From the human T2T-CHM13v2.0 reference genome, Homo sapiens, in assembly GCF_009914755.1 (NCBI RefSeq), contig NC_060936.1: DNA of 64,000 nucleotides. One strand, given 5' to 3'. The notes under the pieces were generated by a model, which saw only the letters and a program-made list of their open reading frames with translations, made no database searches and had not been told where the DNA came from. Both the position numbers and the translations under genes were made by a program. Of the stretch, positions 14,843 to 27,915 are shown piece after piece. The number at the start of each line of letters is the position of its first letter. Positions within the stretch are counted from its first letter, which is position 1.

Positions 14843-15850
14843 TTAAATTCTGAAACATTTAAAATAAAGTATAACCAAGGTATAGCAAAAATCACAGATC
14901 ATAAGTGCATGTGGTGCAGCGGATATTTGAAATCTGAACAACATATCCATGTAACCAACACTCAGATCCAGAAGTGGAGTATTGCTAGAACATCTCCACA
15001 TCCTCCATATCGCCTTTTGGTCACTACCATTGCCAAGGGCATCCACTCCCTATCTTCTAACAGAATATTTTGCCTGGTTTTGAGGTTTATATAAATTGAA
15101 TAACACACGAGTACTCTTGTGTCTGGCTTCTTTCACCCAACATTATATTTGTTGTATTCATCCATTTGATTGCCTGTAGTTGTTTGTTCATTTTCATTAC
15201 CATATTCCATTATAAGACAATACCACAATATATTTATCTATGTTATCCATTCTACTATAGGCATCTTGGTCATTTTCAATTTGGGGCCATCGTAAATAGT
15301 GACGCTATGAACATTCTTACACGTGTCTTATAGTGAACATAAATGAATATTAGGTATTTGCATATTAGACATACATTAGGTATTTCTGTTAAGGAAATAC
15401 CTAGGAATGAGTCATCAGGTATGCTTATGTTCAACTTTATTTATTTTTTTGAGACAGGGTCTTGCTCTGTCACCAAGGCTGGAGTGCAGTGGTGCAATTA
15501 TGGCTCACTGCAGAGTTGACTCCCTGGCTCATGTGATCCTTACACCTTAACCTACTGAGTAGCTGGGACTACAGGTGCACACCACCACACCTGGTTAATA
15601 TTTTAATTTTTTGTAGATACGGGGTTTTGCCATGTTGCTTAGGCTGGTCTCAAACTCCTGGGCTCAAACAATCGTCCCACCTAGGCCTCCAAAATGCTGG
15701 GATGACAGGCATACACCAGACCTATGTTCAACTTCAGTTATAAAGTTTAGCAAGCTGCCAGATAGTTTTTCAAAGTACTTGTACAAATTTACATTTCCAC
15801 CATCAACGTATGAAAGCTCCAGTTCCTCTATATCTTCACCTCACCTACAG
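14843..15850 (-). mobile_element. Old L1 (L1MD/ME-like) 3' fragment containing an AluJ
   Basis: catccatgtaaccaacactcagatc, gtgtctggcttctttcacccaac, gctatgaacattctt. Confidence 0.7.
15436..15722 (-). mobile_element. AluJ
   Basis: Antisense AluJ; TSD tatgttcaactt at 15426 and 15723. Confidence 0.92.
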
Positions 15851-16789
15851 GCTCAACAGCATGGTGGAGAAAAGGGAGAGACAAAACTGGAGAAATTGAC
15901 AGCAACAAGATATTGCAAGATTTTAAGAAAGAGTACTATAACATTTAGTGATTCATTTTTTAATTCTTGACCAATACTTAATGAAGATTTGTCACATATT
16001 TGGGACTGTGATAGGCCCTGAGGATACATCTGTAAAAGGATAGACAGAATTCCTGTCCTCATGTAGTTTATACTTTATGGAAAAAGAAGCATTAATTGAA
16101 AGAAGAATTGTTGTACCAGTGTCAACCCTTGCTTTCTGATTTCCATTCCAATTCTGGCCTGTGGATTGATTTCCTTTAGGCCCTGTCCAATTTCTTCCAT
16201 GCCACAGTCTGCTGGGCCCTAGCTAATTTGACTGGCTTCCTTGGGGATTATTGATTGCTTGGACATCTGGATGCATTTGGTTTCCAAAATTCCACTGTCA
16301 TTCCTGGAGGTCAATTAGTATGTGGACTGAATCTTTGCAGATTGATAATGATTCCAGATTTCTGATTTATCATATCCATTTCTCTAGGGATGGCAGCTGT
16401 AAAAGATGAGTTCTGCACCTCAGCCACCACAGAGACCTCATTAAATTCACATTCTTCCTTCTTGATTAATCACACCTTCTCTTTTTTTGGAACATCTATC
16501 CCTCCATACACTTCACTTCCATGATTTTGTTTTAGAAGCCTTTTCTTCCTTGAATCATTGTGTCTTTCCTCTTGAGATCCCAAATATCAGATTTTTCTTG
16601 ATACGCAGGTATGAAAAGTATGATCCCATCGCTACACCACACAGCAAAGACTTCCTCCATGGTCCATGGTGAAATTGTCTATATTACATCAAAGTGATTG
16701 CCAGAACTGGAACTGGATCAAATTGGGAGGGGTTTAGGGCATCACGTAATGTGGGTATGGGGCAAAGTTCACTAACCTTTACCCCACAT

Positions 16790-17380
16790 TTATGCAACCA
16801 CAATTTATTAACTACCATGTGCCAGGTGTTTGTGCTGGGTACTAACAACATATTGGTGAGCAAGTCATGGTCTCTGCCCTTGCAAAGCTCAGAGTCTACT
16901 GGGGGAGACAGATGTGTCAGCAACAAGAAAATACAATGCCATATATGAATACTACCAGTGGGAAAATCCATGGTGCTATGGGATTGTAAAGAAGGGGTAT
17001 CCACCCAACCTATGGGACAAAGAAGGCTTCCTGGAAGAAGAGCCACTAAGCTGAGACCTGAGAGAGCTATAGGAGTATGGGAGAGTGGGGAAAAAGTATT
17101 ACAAGCAAGGGGAACAGCCTATGCAAAGGCCAGGAAGAAAGAGAACATGGTGACTCTGAAAGACATAAATGAATTGAGTATAACTGGGTGGGTCAGACAG
17201 AGTAAGGTGAGAAGAGATCATGGTTTAGAGGCAGAAAGGGACCAGGTGGGCCTTTTCAGCCAGGGTAAGAAATTTGCACTTCTTCTTGTATTACAGTTGG
17301 AGGTAGGATGGGGTTTTAAGTAGCAGGAGTGACATGTTCTGTTTTGTACTTTAGGTAGATCATTCCTAATTGCGGTTTGA
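16790..17380 (-). mobile_element. L2 3' region
   Basis: atttattaactaccatgtgccagg...gcaaaggcc...tagatcatt L2-type motifs. Confidence 0.65.
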
Positions 17381-17479
17381 CCAAAGAATGGTTCCCTGAG
17401 TGCTGTAATAAATTTGGCAGTGCAGAGAGTAGTCAGAGCTGCTTTGTGTGGTAGAAAAACAATTCTCTTAGGGTTGTTC

Positions 17480-19075
17480 TTGGTTAGCAGTCTTGTGCTT
17501 TAGTTGATATTCCTGATGGCCCAACCATATGCCCTTGGCTTTCACCATTCTGTGCACTCTTGGCCTAAGGCTTCCAAGAGCCAGTGCCTGTGTTTCTGCC
17601 TGATGGCTTTTGCCAGTGACTGGAGGAACCTAATGGCCCTGTGCTCAGGAAATGCCAGAGAGTTAATGCTCCTCCGAATTAGTTCTCAACCAATACCTGA
17701 TGAGAGTTGGTGGATAAATACACAAGCTCCCTTGCTAGCACAGATGGGATAACTCTGATTGCCCACAGCGGTAATCTGCTCAATAGTACACGGTTTATTG
17801 GCTTATTTCATATCATTGTTTTATCCCAATCCCTAATGTGCTGGGTACTGTGATGCACCATCCAGATGCCCCATCACTGATGAACTTGCTGCCCAGCTGC
17901 TGGGAGTGTTGCTGGTGGATTAACTTCAGCTGTTTGTCCCTTTTGGCATTGCCTCATCTACAGAGAGCTGCTTTGTCCAAGGACACATTGTGTTCTGGGG
18001 AAGCCCACATCCACTGACTAGTCGAGGTGGGGCTATAAAGCCCTAACCATCCCAGTCAAATTTGGGACAACTCTGAAGGTCTGTTCTAGCTCCAGAGCTC
18101 CCTGTAGGGTTGCACAGCCTGCACTGTGGCTCACCTTCTCTCTCTGCCCATCCCTACTACCTTCTGCTCTTTTCCACGAGTGTTGATTCCAAGTACATTC
18201 TTTAAGAAACATCCCATATGCTAACTTTTTTAGCCTGCTTCCCAGAAAGCCCAACCAATGACATCCACTTTCCTGGGATCACCTATCACATAAACTATTT
18301 GAATCCTCCCTCTCTGGCTTTTTCTGGGAAAACCAAATCCAAGCTAATACTAGAGCTTGTGAATAAGGTAGGAAAACAAAGTGGGCTCAGCTCAAGTTCT
18401 AGGGTAGGAGGGAAAAGACAGAGCCCAGTGGCTATAATTAGGACAGGGGATATTTCTTTGGATATGGTCACATATTAGGTACCAACTGCCCCCATGCTCC
18501 AGACTTCATTGTTGGAATCTCTAATCATTACTCCATAAATAAATCCCATCTGTGTCCTCTTTAAAGCACACTGCACAGAGTTGCTCATAGGAATCAGCTT
18601 AATTTCAAGTTAGTGATGTATTTTGAAGGGTCTATCCTTCTCACTTCAATTTAGGGGCTAACTGTGGAAACTGCTATGTGTTTCCTGTGTCCACAACTTA
18701 ATAATATATCATGGTCTGTCTGGACAGTCATACCAGACTTCTCATATACCCATTTCACCTGCTCTGGGGGATGGCTGCTGTAGCAGATGTTGTTGGTGTG
18801 CCATCCTGTATCCTCCTCAGCCTGTCTGAAACTACCTGCAGCTATGGACAGTTTCCACCTGCATTTGTCTTCTCTGCCCAAGAGCTTCCTCTGGCAGCAG
18901 GGAGAAGGGTTCTCAGAGTTAATGCCCAGGTGGGCAACACTCGGCCACTCGGGGAAGGGAAATTATTGGGTAAATGATTGTTTTATCCCAATCCCTAATG
19001 GGGATTTATCCCAAATGCCCCAGTCTCTGGTGGGACCATTTTGAGGTGTGTTTCCCATGATCTCAGAGGACTCTA
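17480..19075 (+). mobile_element. Cluster of LTR16-family (ERVL) LTR pieces; one nested at ~17849-18260, another at ~18780-19075
   Basis: Recurring agagttaatgc, ggtggataaata, gggacaactctgaagg, ttcccagaaagcccaacc motifs. Confidence 0.6.
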
Positions 19076-20537
19076 CCTACAAAACTAGTATAAATTCTCT
19101 GAGTCAAAAATCCAGTCTTTGGGCTGAATTGTGGATTCATAAGAATCTCTTTCCATCCACAGGCCCATTTTCCAGTCCAGGAGAAAAGAATAGAGTTTCG
19201 AGGTTTGTGCCTTGCCATGCATGTGTTGGGAAGAAAGCGTCTGGCTGTAACTGAGTTTGGAAGAAAGTCTGTGCAGCAAGTCACCAGCGTTTTTTTCCCC
19301 TGTGTGCTTTTCAGGGCCACTTTTTCATTCCATGTCACAAATTTAGGAAGGGCCATCTGCCTGTGTGACTAATGAGCCTTTTCTGCAAAAGCAACGGAGA
19401 TAAATGTCCTCTAGGAGCCCAGCACAGAAAAATGAAGAAATAGGATGGCAAATTTTCAGCCATTATTTTGGAGTCTGAACTCCCTCCCTGCATCAATTTA
19501 GCTATTATTTCAAAAACTAATTAATCTTCACTCAGGCAGCTCTGAGGGACCCGTGCTTAGATAATTAACAACCCGTGGATTATGAAAAGTCTCACTTGCA
19601 AATTTGGCTACAGCATTTGGGTAGAACACTTTCAGTATTATTCCGTTTAAACCCTCTTCCATCTATCCTTCATTTCCTGACAATTAAGAGCAAATAATTA
19701 ACCATGATGGATTTTGCTTGGCTACTTGCTGCTCAAATAATGTTCTCTCTTCCTCTTTGTTCTTAAACCACCACCATCTGAACGTTTTTGACCAGCTTTG
19801 TAGGTAATTGGTTTGAACCAGGTAACAGTAGGCTTCATTTGCAATTAACAGGCATCAAGAACATTTGGGTTTGCCTTGTGTAAGGAGTGGGAGGAAATTC
19901 CAGAGCTCCATCAGAGAAGCAGCTTGTAACTTCTCCTTGGCTCTCAAAGACTACAGAATTCAGGTATAACTCTATTTGTGAAGTGTTTTCTTTGCCAAGA
20001 GTAAGAAAGAATTTAGACAAAACATTAAAATCAATCTTGTGACTGAAAGGTTGAAACACTCTAGAACAGGTTACTGCCCTCCACCCCCGATAAAAAAGTA
20101 TTTATATTAAATTTTACAATTACTCTCTCCTGGAAATTTCATTTATTCAATAAACTGGGTGCCTACTGTGTTCCAGACACTATAGAAATTCGTGGTAACA
20201 CAATGGCAAGGAAAGCATATGATATTCCTGCCCTTAAAAAACTTATAGTCTGTTGAGGAGGCCAGGCATTCATGAAGTGATAACCTGAAATTTACAAAAA
20301 AAATTTACCTGCTGGAGTACAGAATGATGTGGAAGCATTTAATAGGAAGACCTGGCCTATGTAGAAGTAGCGGTAAGAGGTTGGAAAGACTTCCCTGAGC
20401 AAGGAACATTTGAGCTGAGATGTGGAGAATGAGTAAGTGTTAAGTATCGCAGGAAGAGTGTTGCATCCAGAAAGCATAGCATGTGCAAAGCCTCTGAGCT
20501 TTTCAAGGAGCTTGGGTAGACAGGAATCTTGGGGTAA

Positions 20538-20930
<393 letters not shown>

Positions 20931-21638
20931 ACCCCCTCATTTTAAAATTAATGCTCAGTTAAAAAGTAGAAAAGTGGGGAAAAATGGAACACAGTCATGC
21001 CAAGTTCAACTACCTAAACATATCTCTGGAATTTCAGAATCATAGCCTATTAACCATGAAGTGGACCAGGAAACTGAAACTCAGAAAGGTTAAGTGACTT
21101 GGCTAAGATCATGCAGCTAATTAGTGGCAGATATCCTACCAGGAATGTGCATATGATTGGGGGTTCTTATGAAGGCTTTAAGCTGTGCACCTACAAATGT
21201 TTTCTATATGACTAGTTAATTTTTAATTAAATGTGTCAGAAAAAATGCAACTGGTTCATTAAGCTTTTGATCTCATAAATCATATTGCTCAGAATGAGGC
21301 TATGTGGATAAACGTGAGTTGGTTTAAATTAAACAAAAGCTTAGTAAATAATGGTTCAGTTGATTACATACATATGGCAAAAATAATCAACATGTTAAGC
21401 AAATGGGAAATGTGTGCACAACACCATACTGAATGGTGACCCTGTGCCCAGAGCAGTTTGGGGCAAATTGCTAGGGGCAATAGATTTCCCAGCTAACTTT
21501 GGAAAGTCCCTTTAAGGCTTCTGGCTCCAAAGCAGTCAGAATCCTTTTCAGCTTGTCTCTCTCTCTGGTTTTCCTCTCCATAAAAACATTCACCTTTGTT
21601 CATTGCTCTTTAAACTCTCAAAAAAGAAAGTAAAAGGT

Positions 21639-22002
<364 letters not shown>

Positions 22003-22339
22003 TTACAGCATGTGAGAGATCTGTGAAAGGGGCTGTCTGTACCCTTAAGAGACTGGGCAGTTAATACATATGAACTTTGGAAGCAGATGGCAGATAAACC
22101 CCTTAGCAGGAAGATTATGCTTATTAAGGAGCCCATAATTTACTTGGTTTCTCTCATAAATTACTTGCTCTCTCTCTCCCTTTTCTCTAAGTCAATTCTG
22201 CAGGAGAATTGGCTGTCCCTCCTCATGAGCTCTCAGGACAGGCTGGACGATGACGCACAAGGCAGGTACAGGAAGAATACTTGCTGACCACTTAACACAG
22301 GTAGCTGCTTCAATTGTTTCCTTCAGAGAGCAGGTTTGG

Positions 22340-22575
22340 TCAGGGCTGATTTATCCATTGGGATAGTAAGTGCATTGCCTAGAGCCCATGACACTTTTAG
22401 GGGCCCTTAAAAACGTTTTAATTTCTTTTAAAATCAGAAGTAAAATATGAATATAATCCAGCCGGATTATATTTGTCTTCATACCAACACAGTTATATGC
22501 CAGACTTTTCTTAATGGAGGAAGGGACTCAGGGAGGCAAAAGTGCCCAAGACCCAAAACAATCATAATATGGACT
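22340..22575. mobile_element. hAT-type MER (MER53-like)
   Basis: cagggctgatttatcc start, gggccc core; family from recall. Confidence 0.45.
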
Positions 22576-23662
22576 TGGGAGTGGTAGATATTTGTATTTT
22601 TTCTGCCTACAATATATTCCACCTTCTTGTGGTCACAGGACCTCAATCGTCCTTTGGAGGAACAACTCTTCCCATACTTACAATCCTGTGAGATTCAGAT
22701 GTGTTTTTGGTCAATCCTGGCTCCAGGAAGGGTCATGTGACTCATGCCCAGCCAATCAGAGCCACATATTTATTGTCCTATGTGATTGGTTCAGGATGAG
22801 TAAGTCACCCAGGTGGGGCCAATCAGGGCCAAAACTCAATTCTCAGACTTTTCTTGGAATCGTGGCAAGTGAGGAATCAAAGGTAGGCCTGGAGTTGTTG
22901 TTCATTATCTTTGCCAACACATGGGGAGAGTTTGAGAAGTTAGAAGCAGAATAGTTTCTGGGTCTCCAGCAGCAAGAACTTTAACTTTAGAGGAGGGATA
23001 CCTACCTAAGCTAGACTTTCTTGGGGTAGAAACTGATTGGTTCATCCTCAGTTAGTTGTACACCTCTGGTCTAATAAGCCGTGGCTACATGGTTGAGGGG
23101 CCGGGACAGAATAAAGTTGGACAAATGTGGTTAAGACTCAGTGCTGCCTGGGGGGTTGAAGTTGGGCAGAAGATGTCAGATATGGGTTATTGGCTGGAAC
23201 GAATTTTTGTCAAGTTGAGAAGCTGTGGAATGTCAGATGACATGACTTGGCTTCTGATTTTGAGGGGAAGACTTCAAAAAACTTTAATTCAGAGCTTCTC
23301 AAACCATGTTCCTGGGATACCAGTGTCAGTAGGAGTATTCAAAATAATTTTAAGGTCAAATATATTTGGGAAATGCTAGTTTAAATAACATCATGCAACT
23401 TCTTTCTTAGAGGACTTCTCAGACCTTTAATATGTTTATGTGCATTATGGATCACCAAAGGAAAGGGAGATAGAAGGTCCAGTATTTCTCAAACTTGTAT
23501 GACCACCAAACTAGGAATTTCAAGGAATTTTTAGCTTTGAAGGACACCACTATTTTGAGAAATACAGTTTAAGAAATCCTGGTCAAGTTCATTACATTGA
23601 GAGCATTAAACGCTGTAAAGGAAAAACATTTTAAAATCTAAAGCCCTAAAAAAATTCCCTCT

Positions 23663-23663
<1 letters not shown>

Positions 23664-23696
<33 letters not shown>
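23664..23696. repeat. Poly(T)33
   Basis: Direct read. Confidence 0.95.
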
Positions 23697-23700
<4 letters not shown>

Positions 23701-23818
23701 GCCCTTTTTCTTAAGAATGCATGAGGAAATGAGACCTGGAAAAGTTCACATTTTTTTTCTTACTAAGAGACCTGAAATCTTGTATCAGCTCCATTAATAT
23801 TAAAAATAATTTAAAGCA

Positions 23819-23965
23819 AGCCAGGCATGGTAGCATACACCTATTATTCCAGCTACTCAGGAGGCTGAGGGAGGAGGATTGCTTGATCCCCAGAGTTAGA
23901 GGCCACAGTGAGCGATAATCACACCAGCGCATTCCAGCTTGGGCAATAGAGTGAGATCCTGTCAC
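23819..23965 (+). mobile_element. Alu monomer (FRAM/FAM or AluJ right arm)
   Basis: Single arm: ccagctactcaggaggctgagg...gggcaatagagtgagatcctgtc. Confidence 0.85.
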
Positions 23966-25045
23966 TATAGTTTAAGAAATAATAATAAAAAGCAACTGTT
24001 ATACGATGCTTATTCTAAACCCCAGGAACTGTGCTAAGGAGTTTATGTTCACTCTCTCATTTAATCCTCATCATAATATAAGGAGGTAGGTGCTGCTATT
24101 AGTATCATTTTTTAGCTAAGAAAATTGAGGCATAGAAAGATAAAGTCACTTGAATGTAATGGAGATAGAATTTGAATCCAAACAGCCTAACTCCAGAGTC
24201 CTACTGTCAACCCCTATTCTAATACAAAAATAATTTGCACATGACATTAGGCAAGTTTCTTCTCTTTCTGAGTCTTGGTTTCTTAATCTGTAAATTCAGG
24301 GTGTCAGATTGGAGACTTTTGGAGCCATCGTGCTCTGTCTAGATTTCCCACAATTTCGCAAGTTCACATCTGTTAGTTCCACCTTGAGAAAAGTGGCCAT
24401 TGATAACATGTTTACCTTGTCTATAAGATGAAGTGATTTAAAACATGACGGAGAGTGGAAGTAGAACTGGGGAAACTTCAGACAGTTGCTTATAAACGGG
24501 AGCCAAAGCTCTGAATGAAGGTCTCACCACTGCAAAATGACATGCTGGTGAGCTAAGAGAACCTGTAAAAATGAGGTCTCTGGAGGAGTCTTCATTGATT
24601 GCCAGTCTGAATTTAGCTTACATCAGACAGTCAGACAGACATCAATGGCTGCTCCAGAAACCCACGCTTCTTTCCTAGCATGTGGCAGACGGGCATTTGA
24701 GCCAAATTCAGCACTTCACTAGTTTGCCATCAGTCAACCTGAGGCAGGCAGACGTTGAGTCATCTTATGGTCTTCTGGCTCTGCATAGTTCAGATGGGGC
24801 AGGTGTCATGTGCCAGAACTGATGCTTCCTTTGAAAACAAGAGGACAGAATGGAGGAAGCAATGTTAAGAAAACATTGGTGATGCTATGTATCCCTTGAT
24901 CACTTTGTACCTTTAATCTCATGAGGGCCTCACACTGCCTCTGAGAGGTGGGTAATAAAAACAGCAAAAACATGTTGAGCACATACTGTTTCAAGGTTGA
25001 GGGTAAATGCCTTAAATACATTATTTCATGTCATTTTATACAACT

Positions 25046-26123
25046 GGAGTGACCTATATATTTCTGGTTTACCTGGGAAAGTCCTAATTCACATCTGCTG
25101 TTTTGGCCTTATCATTAACAGCACCCATTTCATATTCAGAAGAATGCTATTTCTTTTGTTTTGATTTTAATTTCTTTTTATTGAGGTAAAATATGTACAT
25201 ATCATGTACCATCTTTACAATTTTAAGTGTACAGTTCGGTGGTAATAAATATATTTATAGTCGTTTTTTCCCCTTCATCCCCTCCCCTTACCCTTCTCTT
25301 TCTCAGCCCCTGGTAACCACCAATTTACTCTTCTTCTTCATGAAATCCACTTTTATGGCTCCCACATATGGGTGAGAACACGTGATAATTTGTCCTTCTG
25401 TGCTTTGCTTATTTCCCTTAACATAATGACCTCCAGTTCCATCCATGTTGCTGCAAGTGACCGAATTTCATTTTTTATGGCTGAATAATATCCCATTGTG
25501 CATAGACACCGTATTTTCTTTACCCATTCATCCGTTGATGGGCACTTAGCTTGATTCCATATCTTGGGTATTGTGAATAGTGCTGCAATAGATGTAGGCG
25601 TGCAGATATCTCTTTGATATACTGATTTCCTCTCTTTTGGATATATACCCAGTAGTAACATTGCTGGAACACATGGTAGTTCTATTTGTAGTTTTTTGAG
25701 AAACTTCCATACTGTTTTCCACAGTGGCTGTATGAACTTACATTCCCACCAATAGTGTATGAGGGTTCACCTTTCTCCACATCCTTGCCAGAATCTGTTA
25801 TTGCCTGTCTTTTTGATACAAGCGATTTTAATTGAGATGAGATGATATCTCATTGCAGTTTCGACTTACATTTCCCTGATGATTAGTGATACTGAGCATT
25901 TTTTTCATATACCTGTTGGCCATTTGTATGTCTTCTTTTGAGAAATGTCTGTTCAGATCTTTTGCCCATTTTAAAATCAGATTTTTTTTGCTATTATTTG
26001 AGCTCCTTATATATTCTGGTTATTAATCCCTTGTCAGATGGATAGTTTGCGAACATTTTCTCCTAATCTGTGGGTTGTCTAGAAGAATGCCATTTTTGCA
26101 CAGTAAATTAAATAGTCACCTTA
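25046..26123 (-). mobile_element. MER94-like hAT element split by an L1
   Basis: Ends ggagtgacc / agtcacctta (TIR-like); interrupted at 25153-26080. Confidence 0.6.
25153..26080 (-). mobile_element. 5'-truncated L1MA-like element
   Basis: ORF2 C-terminal remnant (LLGIYPKE...ALFTIPKIWNQ...WMELE); TSD agaagaatgc(t/c)attt at 25138-25152 and 26081-26095. Confidence 0.9.
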
Positions 26124-27309
26124 GTTATGACTAGATTGCCTCAACTGAATTCTGTTACTGCTATTCAGAGCTATGTACTACCTGCCTCAATTTCTTCACA
26201 TAAAATGGGGCCAATAATATAAGTATCTTTCACTGTCTAAATCATTTTTCTTCAAAGTCAGGAACTGAATAGATCCACATAGCAAAGTATGTCAGTGTAA
26301 CATCATAGGATTGTGGTGAAGAGATTTATTGTAGCACTACATTTGTAGATATGGAGTATATCTGTATATATATCTTAGCAGAGTGTCTGGCATTTAGGAA
26401 GTGTATTATATGGTAGCTTATTAATCCTCTGCTTTTGCATACATAAAATGACAACAATGTCTTACATTTCTGGCATATAGCAAGTACTTAGTGAATTATT
26501 ATTGTCTTAATCTTGCTAAATATAAACATTTTCCTCCAAACTCCCTCTGAGGAAGATTGCCATATTTCAAGTGAAATAAATTATTTTCTCACGCCAGCCC
26601 ATATTGTTTGCTTAATTTTGTTTTTTTGTTTTGTTTTTTTCTGGCTAATGTCAAGAAGAGAAAATGCCATCCCGTGGATCTCAGGGAGGTCCTGGAGATA
26701 TTGACCTTGTGTTAACCTGGAAGGGCGCTCTCCAAGGTCCTGAAGCAGTGTCTCATTTTGTAACCAGAAGGGCACTTTGAGACACTTGGGTGCATTTTGT
26801 GGTAGACAAATAGATGGTTTGTGTTCCATGAGTGTCATGGCCCTGCAATTGAAAAAAACAAGTTGAAATATTAATAGGTCTTACCAACTGCTGTGTGATT
26901 GCAGAGTTGAAAAGGCACAGGAAGCCTTTGGGACAGAATTGCTATGTGCTAGAACAGAAATGATAGGAAAGAAAAAGCTGTGGGCTCGGGGAGTGGCTGT
27001 CCAAATAGAGCAGAGCTATTATTTGAGGGCAGAAACCACATAGTCTCTCTGCTATTAGGTGAATTGTACCCCATAGGATCATCAATAAGCCACTTAGATC
27101 CACAATAGGGAAATTCACCAGAGACTGGGTTGAGTTAAATGGTGGTCACAAGTATAATAATGAAATAGAAGTGGTTCTGCTTTAGCACCCTCTTCATCTT
27201 ACCCTCCATATCATCCTCACAACTTGGATACAAGAAGATCCTCCTGTGTGACCTTGGAACCTCCTATCTTGATCTGCCTGCTACAGCTCCAAATTCTGTG
27301 GAAGGATCT

Positions 27310-27832
27310 ATAAAGTTGGGAATACATTGAGCTGCAAGTAAAACACATCTATAGTAGCTTCTAACAAGAATTCAGGAGGTAGATTGTTGCTAGTATTGGT
27401 TCAGTGAATGGCTTGGAAATGTCAGGCTGTTTTTTTCCTCAGCCTTTCTCTGATGCTTGTTATCTCAAGGTCATGCAATAGCTGCTTCAGTGTCAGATGT
27501 CTCATATATATTCAAGATGGAAAGAAGAGGAACAGGGAAAAGGCAGAGACATCACACCAGCTGCTTCTGTCTCCTCTTTTCAGAAATGCAAATGTTTTCT
27601 GAGGACTGCATCCTTAGTAGACTTTTGCTTATGTTTGTTGGCTATACCTGGGTCACATGACCATCTCTAGCTGCAAGAGAAGGTGGGAATCATAAACAAG
27701 ATTGTCATGATCAACTGAGACCAATCACAACCCACCACCTAGAGTTGGCACTTTACTCTTCCAAACAAAATTTGATTTTGTTATCAACAAAGAAGGAGAA
27801 TAAGTATTGATGAGTTGATTAATAGTGTCTGC
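27310..27832 (-). mobile_element. MaLR LTR (MLT1K/L-like)
   Basis: gctgcaagtaa, gggtcacatgaccatctctagctgcaag motifs. Confidence 0.55.
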
Positions 27833-27889
27833 CATTGCCCTTTTTCTTTACAACCTGAGCTTATAGTCTTGGGAAACTCCTTTTTTAAG

Positions 27890-27915
27890 TTTTTTTTTTT
27901 TTTTTTTTTTTTTTT
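27890..27915. repeat. Poly(T)26
   Basis: Direct read. Confidence 0.95.

Noticed and set aside
27890-27915. T26 as a solo retro-insertion
   Set aside because: No convincing TSD
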